From Oceanispirochaeta sp. (GTDB taxonomy: Bacteria; Spirochaetota; Spirochaetia; DSM-2461), in contig CAXXXD010000002.1 in assembly GCA_963663385.2 (NCBI GenBank), positions 1,760,001 to 1,824,000 of the forward strand: DNA of 64,000 nt. The letters run 5' to 3'. A program made the translations under genes and the position numbers. The notes beneath the pieces are model-generated. The model worked only from the letters and a program-made list of their open reading frames with translations. It was not told the DNA's origin and did not search any database. How positions within the stretch are numbered: position 1 is the first letter of the stretch; each line of letters opens with the position of its first letter. Below, piece after piece: positions 30,560 to 38,670 of the stretch.

Positions 30560-32035
30560 ATGTCAGTGCGTGTTCGCTACGCTCCGTCCCCCACCGGGCT
30601 GCAGCATATCGGTGGAGTCAGAACGGCGCTTTTCAACTACTTTTATGCCCGGGCCAAAGGCGGCCAGTTTATTCTGAGAATAGAAGATACGGACCGGGAA
30701 CGTTATAACGATGAATCCCTCCAGGATCTGTACGATACCCTGGAATGGCTGGGAATCGATTGGGATGAAGGACCCGGCAAAGGGGATTACGGACCCTATG
30801 TGCAGTCCGAAAGATTCGATCTCTATCAGGAGTATGCCCGGAAGCTTCTGGATGATGGCAAAGCCTACTACTGTTTCTGCACGGCCGAACGGCTTGATGC
30901 TGTTCGTGAGGAGCAGAAAAAGCAGAAATCGAAGAATCAGGGTTACGATCGGCACTGCCGGGATCTTGATCCTGCAGAAGCTCTGAAGAGAAAGGAAGCG
31001 GGAGAACCCTGTGTAATCCGTCTGAAGGTTCCCATGGAAGGGAAAACCACCTTTCACGATGAGATTATGGGAGATATTACCCGGAAAAACAGCGATGTCA
31101 GTCCTGATCCGGTAATTGTTAAAACCGACGGTTTTCCTACTTATCACCTGGCTAATGTCATTGATGATCATATGATGGGGATTACCCATATCATGCGGGC
31201 CCAGGAGTGGATCCCCTCAGGGCCTTTACATGTTCTGCTGTATCAGGCTTTCGGCTGGGAAGCTCCCAGGTACTGTCACCTTCCCCTGGTAATGGGAAAG
31301 GACGGATCCAAGCTCTCCAAGCGTCATGGGGCTACATCCCTTAGGGACTTCAGGCTGGGCGGTTATCTTCCCGAGGCGATAATCAACTATATTTCTTTAT
31401 TGGGGTGGTCTTTCGATGATTCAAGAGAATTTTTTTCCCGGGAAGACCTGGAAAAGCTTTTTACCCTTGAAAAGCTGAACAAGGCTCCTGCCGTTTTTGA
31501 TTACAGAAAACTGGAATGGTTCAACGGGCATTACATCCGTCAGAGAGATCCCGAATCCCTTAAAGCGCTTCTCCTGCCCATTCTTCAGGCTGACGGAGTT
31601 GTTTCCGATCCTGTAACAGATAAGGAAATGGCTATTTTTGACGGAGCTTTTCCCCTGATCAGGGAACGTCTTAAGCTGACGACCCAGGTTTCGGAAATGA
31701 TCCGCTTTCTCTTTAAGGAGATTGAAAGTTATACCACAGCCGATGCGGTTCCCAAAAAAATGGAGGCTTCCGATGTCCCCGGGATTCTGGATTCCTGTGC
31801 GGCTCTTCTGGACGGATTTGAAGCCAGAAGCGATGAAGAGAACGAGAAGCTTTTCTATGATAAAGCGGAGGAGCTGGGAATCAAGATGGGGCAGATTCTG
31901 CAGCCCCTGAGAGTGGCAGTTACAGGAACGAATATTTCCCCGCCCCTGTTCGAATCCATCCGCCTGCTGGGGGCAGAGAAATCAGAAGCCCGTATCCGGG
32001 CGTTGAGTGAACAAATTGCCAAGGAGACATTATAA
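30560..32035 (+). CDS. gltX: Glutamate--tRNA ligase
   Basis: RYAPSPTGLQHIGG (HIGH), KLSKR (KMSKS). Confidence 0.97.
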   Translation: MSVRVRYAPSPTGLQHIGGVRTALFNYFYARAKGGQFILRIEDTDRERYNDESLQDLYDTLEWLGIDWDEGPGKGDYGPYVQSERFDLYQEYARKLLDDGKAYYCFCTAERLDAVREEQKKQKSKNQGYDRHCRDLDPAEALKRKEAGEPCVIRLKVPMEGKTTFHDEIMGDITRKNSDVSPDPVIVKTDGFPTYHLANVIDDHMMGITHIMRAQEWIPSGPLHVLLYQAFGWEAPRYCHLPLVMGKDGSKLSKRHGATSLRDFRLGGYLPEAIINYISLLGWSFDDSREFFSREDLEKLFTLEKLNKAPAVFDYRKLEWFNGHYIRQRDPESLKALLLPILQADGVVSDPVTDKEMAIFDGAFPLIRERLKLTTQVSEMIRFLFKEIESYTTADAVPKKMEASDVPGILDSCAALLDGFEARSDEENEKLFYDKAEELGIKMGQILQPLRVAVTGTNISPPLFESIRLLGAEKSEARIRALSEQIAKETL

Positions 32036-32037
32036 TT

Positions 32038-33423
32038 ATGGCTAAAGAAAAGAAAGCAAATCAGGTTGCCAACGAGTTTGGTGCATCCATGGAAAAAATT
32101 GTATCTCTGGCAAAACGCCGTGGATTTGTATACCCCTCCAGTGAAATATACGGCGGACTGTCCGCTACCTGGGATTACGGTCCCCTCGGTGTAGAACTGA
32201 AAAAAAATATACAGGAGATCTGGTGGCGTGAAATGACCCGTCTGCAGGACAACATCGTAGGTCTGGATGCGGCTATTATGATGCACCCCCGGACATGGGA
32301 AGCTTCCGGTCATGTGGAAAACTTTTCCGATCCCCTGGTTGATTGTAAACAGTGCAAAACCCGTTTTCGGGAGGATAAACTGGCTCCCGAAGTAATCGAA
32401 AGCAAAATATGCCCCGAATGCGGAGGGGAATTGACCGAACCCCGTCAGTTCAACCTGATGTTCAGCACCCACCTCGGTCCTGTCGCCGATTCGGGTTCCA
32501 TTGTTTACCTGCGGCCCGAAACCGCTCAGGGTATCTTTGTAAACTTCAAGAATGTTGTAGATACCAGCCGGGTCCAGATTCCCTTCGGAATTGCCCAGGT
32601 CGGTAAGGCGTTCAGAAATGAGATAACAACCAAGAACTTCATATTCAGGACCTGTGAGTTTGAACAGATGGAGATGCAGTTCTTTGTAAAACCCGGTACC
32701 GATGATAAATGGTTCGAATACTGGAAAGAACAGAGGATGAACTACTATACGGAACAGCTAGGTATCCTGCCTCGGAACCTGCATTTCCATCAGCACGGCG
32801 ATGGCGAACTGGCCCACTATGCCAAAGATGCCTATGATGTGGAATACAAGTACCCATTCGGCTGGGAAGAGCAGGAAGGTATTCATAACAGAACGGATTT
32901 CGACCTGGGCCGTCACGGTGAATACTGCGGCAAGGAGATCAACTACCTCGATCCCCAGACCAATGAACGCTATGTTCCCTATGTCATTGAAACGTCTGCC
33001 GGTCTGACCCGGAGTGTGCTTGTCTGTCTTATGGATGCCTATCACGAGGAAACTATCGGCGAAGATAAAAATGGCAATCCCGATGTGCGGACCGTTCTTC
33101 ACCTTCACCCCAATGTGGCTCCCGTCAAGGCGGCGGTTCTTCCCCTGGTTAAGAAAGACGGTCTGGCCGAACTGGCAAAAGACATTCAGAAAGACCTTTC
33201 TGCCGATTTTAATACCTTCTTTGACCAGTCCGGCGCCATCGGACGCCGTTACAGAAGGCAGGACGAGATTGGGACTCCCTTCTGTATTACTGTGGATTAC
33301 GATACAAAAGAAGACAATACGGTTACCCTTCGGTTCAGGGATTCCATGGAGCAGATCCGTGTGCCCCGCTCCGAGCTTGCCAGCCGTCTGAGAGAAGAGA
33401 TCCGGAATTACAAAAGGGCCTGA
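32038..33423 (+). CDS. glyQS: Glycine--tRNA ligase, alpha2 homodimeric type
   Basis: LRPETAQGIF, FRNEIT, EFEQME, anticodon domain GAIGRRYRRQDEIGTPFC. Confidence 0.95.
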   Translation: MAKEKKANQVANEFGASMEKIVSLAKRRGFVYPSSEIYGGLSATWDYGPLGVELKKNIQEIWWREMTRLQDNIVGLDAAIMMHPRTWEASGHVENFSDPLVDCKQCKTRFREDKLAPEVIESKICPECGGELTEPRQFNLMFSTHLGPVADSGSIVYLRPETAQGIFVNFKNVVDTSRVQIPFGIAQVGKAFRNEITTKNFIFRTCEFEQMEMQFFVKPGTDDKWFEYWKEQRMNYYTEQLGILPRNLHFHQHGDGELAHYAKDAYDVEYKYPFGWEEQEGIHNRTDFDLGRHGEYCGKEINYLDPQTNERYVPYVIETSAGLTRSVLVCLMDAYHEETIGEDKNGNPDVRTVLHLHPNVAPVKAAVLPLVKKDGLAELAKDIQKDLSADFNTFFDQSGAIGRRYRRQDEIGTPFCITVDYDTKEDNTVTLRFRDSMEQIRVPRSELASRLREEIRNYKRA

Positions 33424-33446
33424 TTCTTTTATTCTATGATCCTGAT

Positions 33447-33476
33447 AACCGGAGATTTAATATCTCCGGTTTTTTT
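33447..33476 (+). terminator. Rho-independent terminator of gltX-glyQS
   Basis: AACCGGAGAT-ttaat-ATCTCCGGTT plus T run. Confidence 0.85.
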
Positions 33477-33477
33477 G

Positions 33478-33611
33478 GGCCTCAATCCCTCTCACTCTCC
33501 CCTGGTTGCATGGGCGAGCAGTATACTTGTTTACGACCAGCCCCTCAAGGGGAGAAATCATATTGTTCTTCCCCTCCTTGTGGAGGGGCCCGGGGAGGTT
33601 CGGATCAGGGG
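33478..33611. repeat. BoxC/REP-like intergenic element between convergent genes
   Basis: CCCTCTCACTCTCCCC...GGGGAGA followed by TTCCCCTCCTTGTGGAGGGGCCCGGGGAG. Confidence 0.55.
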
Positions 33612-35399
33612 TTATTTAAGAAGGACTTCCACCACATCCGCATCGGGGTAATCCGAACTTAAACCGATGTGGTAGCGGCCGGTCATATCCGTTACGTATT
33701 CTGTAAAATAGAATATTCCTGCCGGTATATTACTTATTTCTTTTTCCTGGGCAGTTGTATAGACATAAGGTTCTGTATAAACCGATCCGGTGGAATCCGT
33801 ATAACTGTACGCGAAGAAATTGAGTGAGTTCAGTTTATAAGGATGACCGTTTAAGGTATACTTAAACCAGCCATCAATGTTAAAACGCATATATTCTTCT
33901 ACATCAGTCCGTTGTGAGAGCAGAACAGCTGCATTGAGGAGCGGTATGGTTATTTCCGCTTTGGCTACACTATTATTTCCAAAACTGAGAGCTGCCGGTA
34001 GATCAGTTGCTCCTGTAGCTTCATGTTGAAGGTTCTGCAGAACTTCCGGTCCCCCGAAATTGCGCATAAGATAAGCGCCATATACATACATAAGAGAATA
34101 ACTAAACAGAGCATAATCCCCGCTGGCCCAGAAATTGAATGGAAAATCAGGCCAGTATATGTATAGGGGGATCCTTCCAGTAGTAATATTGCTGCCGGTG
34201 TTTAAACTTTTTCCATCGATGCCTGTAAAGCCTTTAGGGCCATCTGTATTAAGTTTATCAGGATCCGATAGCAGATCTTCTGTTGCCATGGACAGCAGTT
34301 CGTTAAGCCACGTTTCAGGTTCGTTGCCTCTTATCACAGAAGCCTGATAAAAGTTGATCATATGCTGAAATTCATGGGCCAGGGTGGAGAGGGTATCTTT
34401 AGCATAATAACCTTGATTACTCCATGTATCTCCCGCTTCTGTATAAGCCAGGTAGTTTGCTTCTATATAGAAAACAATCCTTTGGTTTGAAATATCTGTT
34501 TCACTGACAGTCTCATCTGTTTCACTAGTAATTTTGCAATTATCCTTTGCCCAAAAGTAACCAACTACTCCATCTTCCATATCATCATTCATAATATCTG
34601 CAAAAACAATATTAATCTCATCGTAATCACCGATCAGATCATCCGTGTAATTGTGAACTCCCCATTCTTCTCCATAAATATTTGTCACCCAATCGTATAT
34701 ATCATTAAAAGTGCCTTCTGTTAGAAAATTCTCACCAATAAAATCAATCATTTCAGGTGTTATTAAATAATTTTCATTTCCATTTATATGCCAACATGTA
34801 TCTTCAACCCATATTTTTAACGTTTTATCACCAACAGTTGTGATTTTTTGCAGTGTTGATTCATAATCATATCTTTTAATTGAATCTATGTAGCCATCTC
34901 TATTACTATCTACTAATTCTCCATCTTTAAATGTTATTTTTGTTCCTTCAACTTCTGACGAATAAGGGTTTTCTATTGTCTGAGTTCGATTCCAGGATTT
35001 TTCAGTATTGATAACTCTATTTGCAAGTCGGGAATTATTATCCTGTATCCTTTCTATTCTGGAACTGATTTCTGTTTGGTCTGGGAGAAATTTTCTGCTG
35101 TCGAATTCACTCACCTCGATTTCCGGATTTGTTATTGAAGTTGTACCTGAGTTGTAGACCCCAACATAAAGATCTTTGGCATCCGACTGGACTTCGGCAA
35201 ATATATCGTATTCCTTTTCGGCATTGTCCACTATCAGGACGCCGTAGGGAGTTGACTCATCTGTATAGACATATTTTTCAGGAGATTCATCCCATTTCAG
35301 ACCGGATCCGGATGACCCTTCCTTGCAGGAGAGCAGGGTAAGAGCCGTAAGCAGCAGGATTGTGATGAATCTTCCTGTAATGATTCTTTTTTTATTCAT
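33612..35399 (-). CDS. Zinc metallopeptidase lipoprotein (M30/hyicolysin-like)
   Basis: Lipobox LLSC; GYFWAKD, TLAHEFQHMIN (HExxH), WLNELLS. Confidence 0.8.
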   Translation of the reverse strand: MNKKRIITGRFITILLLTALTLLSCKEGSSGSGLKWDESPEKYVYTDESTPYGVLIVDNAEKEYDIFAEVQSDAKDLYVGVYNSGTTSITNPEIEVSEFDSRKFLPDQTEISSRIERIQDNNSRLANRVINTEKSWNRTQTIENPYSSEVEGTKITFKDGELVDSNRDGYIDSIKRYDYESTLQKITTVGDKTLKIWVEDTCWHINGNENYLITPEMIDFIGENFLTEGTFNDIYDWVTNIYGEEWGVHNYTDDLIGDYDEINIVFADIMNDDMEDGVVGYFWAKDNCKITSETDETVSETDISNQRIVFYIEANYLAYTEAGDTWSNQGYYAKDTLSTLAHEFQHMINFYQASVIRGNEPETWLNELLSMATEDLLSDPDKLNTDGPKGFTGIDGKSLNTGSNITTGRIPLYIYWPDFPFNFWASGDYALFSYSLMYVYGAYLMRNFGGPEVLQNLQHEATGATDLPAALSFGNNSVAKAEITIPLLNAAVLLSQRTDVEEYMRFNIDGWFKYTLNGHPYKLNSLNFFAYSYTDSTGSVYTEPYVYTTAQEKEISNIPAGIFYFTEYVTDMTGRYHIGLSSDYPDADVVEVLLK

Positions 35400-35474
35400 T
35401 GTATATATCCTAATGATCAGTGTAGATGTATTCAATCTTATCACTAGGTTTACTGAATAAACACCCTTATTGCA

Positions 35475-36167
35475 TCAAAACTGGAGGGATAATACCCTCC
35501 GTCTGTTATTGGTAAACACCCCGTCCACTCCCATTTCCTGCATGGCAGCAAGTTCTTCGGGCAGGTTAACCGTATAAACGAGAACCTTCAGCCCTCTTGA
35601 ATGGGCATCCTCCACTATCTCCCGGCTGATATTCTCCCTGTTCATGTTAAGAGACCAGGCTCCCATGCCATCCGTCAGGGAGGCCAGTCCCAGAGGCAGG
35701 CTGCCGATAATGGGCGAAACCCGTACTTCAGGTCGCAATTCTTTAAAACGCATCAGTTCAAAGTGATCAAAGGAAGAAACCAGAAAATTCTCCCAACTGC
35801 GTCCTTTGCGGTTAATTTCCTCATCTAGGATATGGGAGACTTTAAGGGCTGATCCGTTTCCTTTAATTTCAATATTCAGGGGGCAGCGGCTGTCAATCAG
35901 ATCAATGATTTCCTGCAGGGTCGGAACCTGTTCTCCTTCGCCTGCATCCAGTGCCCTGATTTCCTTAAAAGTCAGGTTCCTTATGAAACCGCTGCCGTTC
36001 GTCGTGGTATCGACTTTATCATCATGCATGACTACGACTTCACCGGTTTTGCAGATAGCCACATCAATCTCTATCATATCAACGGAATCCTTCAGAGCCT
36101 GTCTGATGGATTTCAGTGTATTCTCAGGAGCCAGCTCCGAGGCGCCCCTGTGTCCGATTATCAGCAT
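35475..36167 (-). CDS. Glycerophosphodiester phosphodiesterase (GlpQ/UgpQ family)
   Basis: IGHRGAS..PENT, IEIDV, VVMHD, NIEIK, YTVN, GVDGVFTN. Confidence 0.93.
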   Translation of the reverse strand: MLIIGHRGASELAPENTLKSIRQALKDSVDMIEIDVAICKTGEVVVMHDDKVDTTTNGSGFIRNLTFKEIRALDAGEGEQVPTLQEIIDLIDSRCPLNIEIKGNGSALKVSHILDEEINRKGRSWENFLVSSFDHFELMRFKELRPEVRVSPIIGSLPLGLASLTDGMGAWSLNMNRENISREIVEDAHSRGLKVLVYTVNLPEELAAMQEMGVDGVFTNNRRRVLSLQF

Positions 36168-36226
36168 TAATATCTCCTATAAAAAGTCAATCATAAGCCT
36201 ATTAACAAGCTTACAATTGAACCGGA

Positions 36227-37339
36227 TTACCCAGTTTTTACGGCATTGAATGCAGCCGCCTGCATCTTCAAGTACTTATCATCCGGAACCATCTTCAACG
36301 GATCAAAGGGTTCACGGGTTTTCAATATGGAGTACACTACCGTACTCATCTTTCTTGCAGAGGCGATAATACTCGTGCCGCTGCCCTTGTTCTTCTTCAT
36401 CGCTCTGTACTTCGTCATGATACGGTAATTGCCAGTCGTTTTCCGAGTTCTAACCATTCCCATAACACACTGAACAAATGCCGTTCTCAGTTCTACAGCC
36501 CCTCTCTTTGTTATATGCCCATGATGAATCGTCTCATTGGAGTTCTGCACCCATGGTACAAGACCGGCATAAGCCGAATACTTCTTGGCACTGGCGTACC
36601 GCTTGATATCATCCGTATAGGCCCTAATAGTCGATGCCGTTATCAATCCGACTCCCGGGATCGTCTGCAATAACTGTACATCCTCATCTTCCTTTACAAG
36701 TTCCAGCAGGACTTTCTCTAACTGCTTGACCTGGTTCGAAACCTGATCTATCGTAGAAAGCAGCGGTTCTATCGCTTTGGCAGCGCTTCCGAAACTCCTA
36801 TGGTCCACGAGACCGATGAGGATGCGCTGCCTTTCTTTTTTACTCTGCAGCGCAGCTCTTTTTGTTTCAATTCCATACCCTAGAAGCAGTCCGTGAACCT
36901 GATTCTTCAAAGATACGACTGATTTAACAAGGATAGTTCTGGATTTAAGAACTCTACGGATATCCTCACTCTCCTGAGAACAAAGCTGTGATTCGGGAAG
37001 CATATCTTTTTCCAAGAACTCTGCTAGAGTTCTGGCATCATGCTTATCCGTCTTTTTCACTGATTCATTTACAACTTTGAATTTCAGTGTATTCACAACC
37101 ACCACCTCAATCCCTGCTAGCAATAGCTTGTTACGGAAGAACCGGGCATTTCCTGTTGATTCCACTGCAGCCCTAACATCAAGGCCCTCTTCTGTATAGG
37201 ACACTGCTTTCTCAAGAAATGCTCTGTAACCGTCCTCAGAGGTCGGATACATTCCTGATTCACAAATGCTTCTATCATCACTCAGGAAACAGACTGTTAA
37301 CTGGGATTTGTGCAGATCCACTCCGATACTCATCTTCAT
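36227..37339 (-). CDS. IS110-family DEDD recombinase/transposase (370 aa)
   Basis: GVDLHK, VESTG, KTDKHDA (DEDD RuvC fold); IPGVG; YAGLVP..QNSNE (putative catalytic Ser); ITKRG. Start at MKMSIG with AGGAG RBS. Confidence 0.95.
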   Translation of the reverse strand: MKMSIGVDLHKSQLTVCFLSDDRSICESGMYPTSEDGYRAFLEKAVSYTEEGLDVRAAVESTGNARFFRNKLLLAGIEVVVVNTLKFKVVNESVKKTDKHDARTLAEFLEKDMLPESQLCSQESEDIRRVLKSRTILVKSVVSLKNQVHGLLLGYGIETKRAALQSKKERQRILIGLVDHRSFGSAAKAIEPLLSTIDQVSNQVKQLEKVLLELVKEDEDVQLLQTIPGVGLITASTIRAYTDDIKRYASAKKYSAYAGLVPWVQNSNETIHHGHITKRGAVELRTAFVQCVMGMVRTRKTTGNYRIMTKYRAMKKNKGSGTSIIASARKMSTVVYSILKTREPFDPLKMVPDDKYLKMQAAAFNAVKTG

Positions 37340-37344
37340 ACCTT

Positions 37345-37535
37345 CGCTCCTATTGCCTAAAACAGCGCCTGTACGGTGAATTGATTCCATTCTCCTATCC
37401 GGTCTCGAAGACCATTGAATGTTTCGGTCACGGCTCTTCATTCTCCTGTACGGTCTCGGAGACCAGTAAAAATGGCGAACAGTAACCTGGCTGTTCTAAA
37501 CGATGTTTAGAACATTGTATCAATCCACAAGCCTA
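37345..37535 (-). ncRNA. Putative bridge/seek RNA in the upstream non-coding end of the IS110
   Basis: 5' hairpin TGTTCTAAAC/GTTTAGAACA (37492-37514), then two homologous stem-loop units (37439-37474, 37388-37421) whose variable parts match target and donor junctions. Ends approximate. Confidence 0.7.
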
Positions 37536-37562
37536 TGAAGACTTTTTATCATTCCTCCTGTG

Positions 37563-38567
37563 CTAAGTTGTTTCACGTATTTTTAAATCTGTTGGCATAA
37601 TCATCTCTACGGGGGGAGAATCGGGATCATCCAGAAGCTGAAGCAGTCTAATGGCAGCCAGCTCTCCCATTTTATCAATATGAATATGAGTCGTTGTCAG
37701 GGGGAGGTAGGACATGGATGCCCAGGGAATATCGTCAAATCCGGCAATCCCCAGCGTGGAAGGTACTTTTATCCCCTCCTGTCTGGCACGATTCAATAAT
37801 CCGATTGCCATGGCATCGTTTACGGCAAATACGGCGGTTCCTTCTGCTATCTCATCTTTTATTTCGTCAAAAATCATTTCGCCTGTCTGAAGGGTTGTAT
37901 CTTCCTTATTTAATATAAACGGGGTAAGCCCCGCTTTTTCCATGGACTCTTTATATCCCTGAATGCGCTCCCTGTTGTTGTACCATTCAACAGGCCCTGT
38001 TATATGGATTATTTTCCTGTAGTTCCGGTTTATCAGATGCTCGGTAATGTTGAAAGCGCCAATACGGTCATCACAGATTACCGTATTGGCACGGGTTTCG
38101 GGCAGTTTGTTTTCAAGGAGTACTACCGGTTTTCCCAGTGCCATGATCTCCATAATAAAGCGCGGGCTGAGGCTCTGCCCGCGCAGGATGAATGCATCGC
38201 AGCTGTCGGACTGAATGGCAGGGATCTTTGACGGGTTATTAAAATCTTCCAGTTCTACCGGGATAACCAGACTCTGGTAGCCTCTTTTGCGGAAGGTTTC
38301 ATCAAAAGCCAGGGTGGAATGATGGAAATAGACGGAATCATACTGTCCCATTCTCTGACGGCCGATTATACCGATAAATCTGCCGGTAGACGGCATGGCT
38401 GTCTGAATGATCGGCGAGAAATCATCTTTATGCTGTTTCAATTCGTTCAGTACAAGATCTCTGGTCTTCTGGCTGATACCGGGTTTATCGTTTAATACCC
38501 TTGAAACTGTGGAAAGGGATATTCCCAGTTTATCTGCAATACTTTTAAGTCTGACTCGCTTATCCAT
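37563..38567 (-). CDS. LacI-family transcriptional regulator
   Basis: HTH LKSIADKLGISLSTVSRVLN; FAVNDAMAIG, AGFDD, PLTT. Confidence 0.95.
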   Translation of the reverse strand: MDKRVRLKSIADKLGISLSTVSRVLNDKPGISQKTRDLVLNELKQHKDDFSPIIQTAMPSTGRFIGIIGRQRMGQYDSVYFHHSTLAFDETFRKRGYQSLVIPVELEDFNNPSKIPAIQSDSCDAFILRGQSLSPRFIMEIMALGKPVVLLENKLPETRANTVICDDRIGAFNITEHLINRNYRKIIHITGPVEWYNNRERIQGYKESMEKAGLTPFILNKEDTTLQTGEMIFDEIKDEIAEGTAVFAVNDAMAIGLLNRARQEGIKVPSTLGIAGFDDIPWASMSYLPLTTTHIHIDKMGELAAIRLLQLLDDPDSPPVEMIMPTDLKIRETT

Positions 38568-38576
38568 ATTTATACC

Positions 38577-38658
38577 TTGACATTTCTCAAATCTAATGTA
38601 AAGTAATCATATACCCAATGCAAATGTATTGCAATAAGTTTCGAACGATTTGCGAAAA
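38577..38658 (+). promoter_or_regulatory. Sigma70-like promoter and candidate LacI operator(s) for the ABC operon
   Basis: TTGACA (38577-82) N16 TAAAGT; palindrome TGCAA-atgta-TTGCA (38619-33); weaker TTTCG-N9-CGAAA. Confidence 0.5.
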
Positions 38659-38670
38659 AAGGAGAAATGT

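Larger units (their letters stand above)
36174..37559 (-). mobile_element. IS110-family insertion sequence, 1381 bp plus one duplicated CTCCT
   Basis: Direct repeat CTCCT at 36174-36178 and 37555-37559. Sub-terminal inverted repeat ATAAAAAGTC (36179-36188 / 37540-37549, extends imperfectly to ~22 bp). Removal restores lacI-TAG cac AGGAG atatta ATG-glpQ. Confidence 0.85.

Noticed and set aside
37340..37441. N-terminal extension of the transposase in the ORF track (404 aa)
   Set aside because: It overlaps the structured RNA region; the RuvC motif begins right after the ATG at 37339, which has its own RBS
37388..37474. Twin repeat as a mini-CRISPR array
   Set aside because: Only two imperfect units, short spacer, no cas genes, and it lies inside an IS end
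36195..37536. Alternative IS ends at the 8-bp direct repeat AAGCCTAT (36195-202 / 37529-36), which would give a TTGTTA-N17-TACAAT junction promoter and a hairpin target
   Set aside because: The repeat is a near-palindrome inside the sub-terminal IRs. The CTCCT ends explain the RNA loop matches and restore a clean lacI-glpQ spacer. Not fully excluded without an empty allele.
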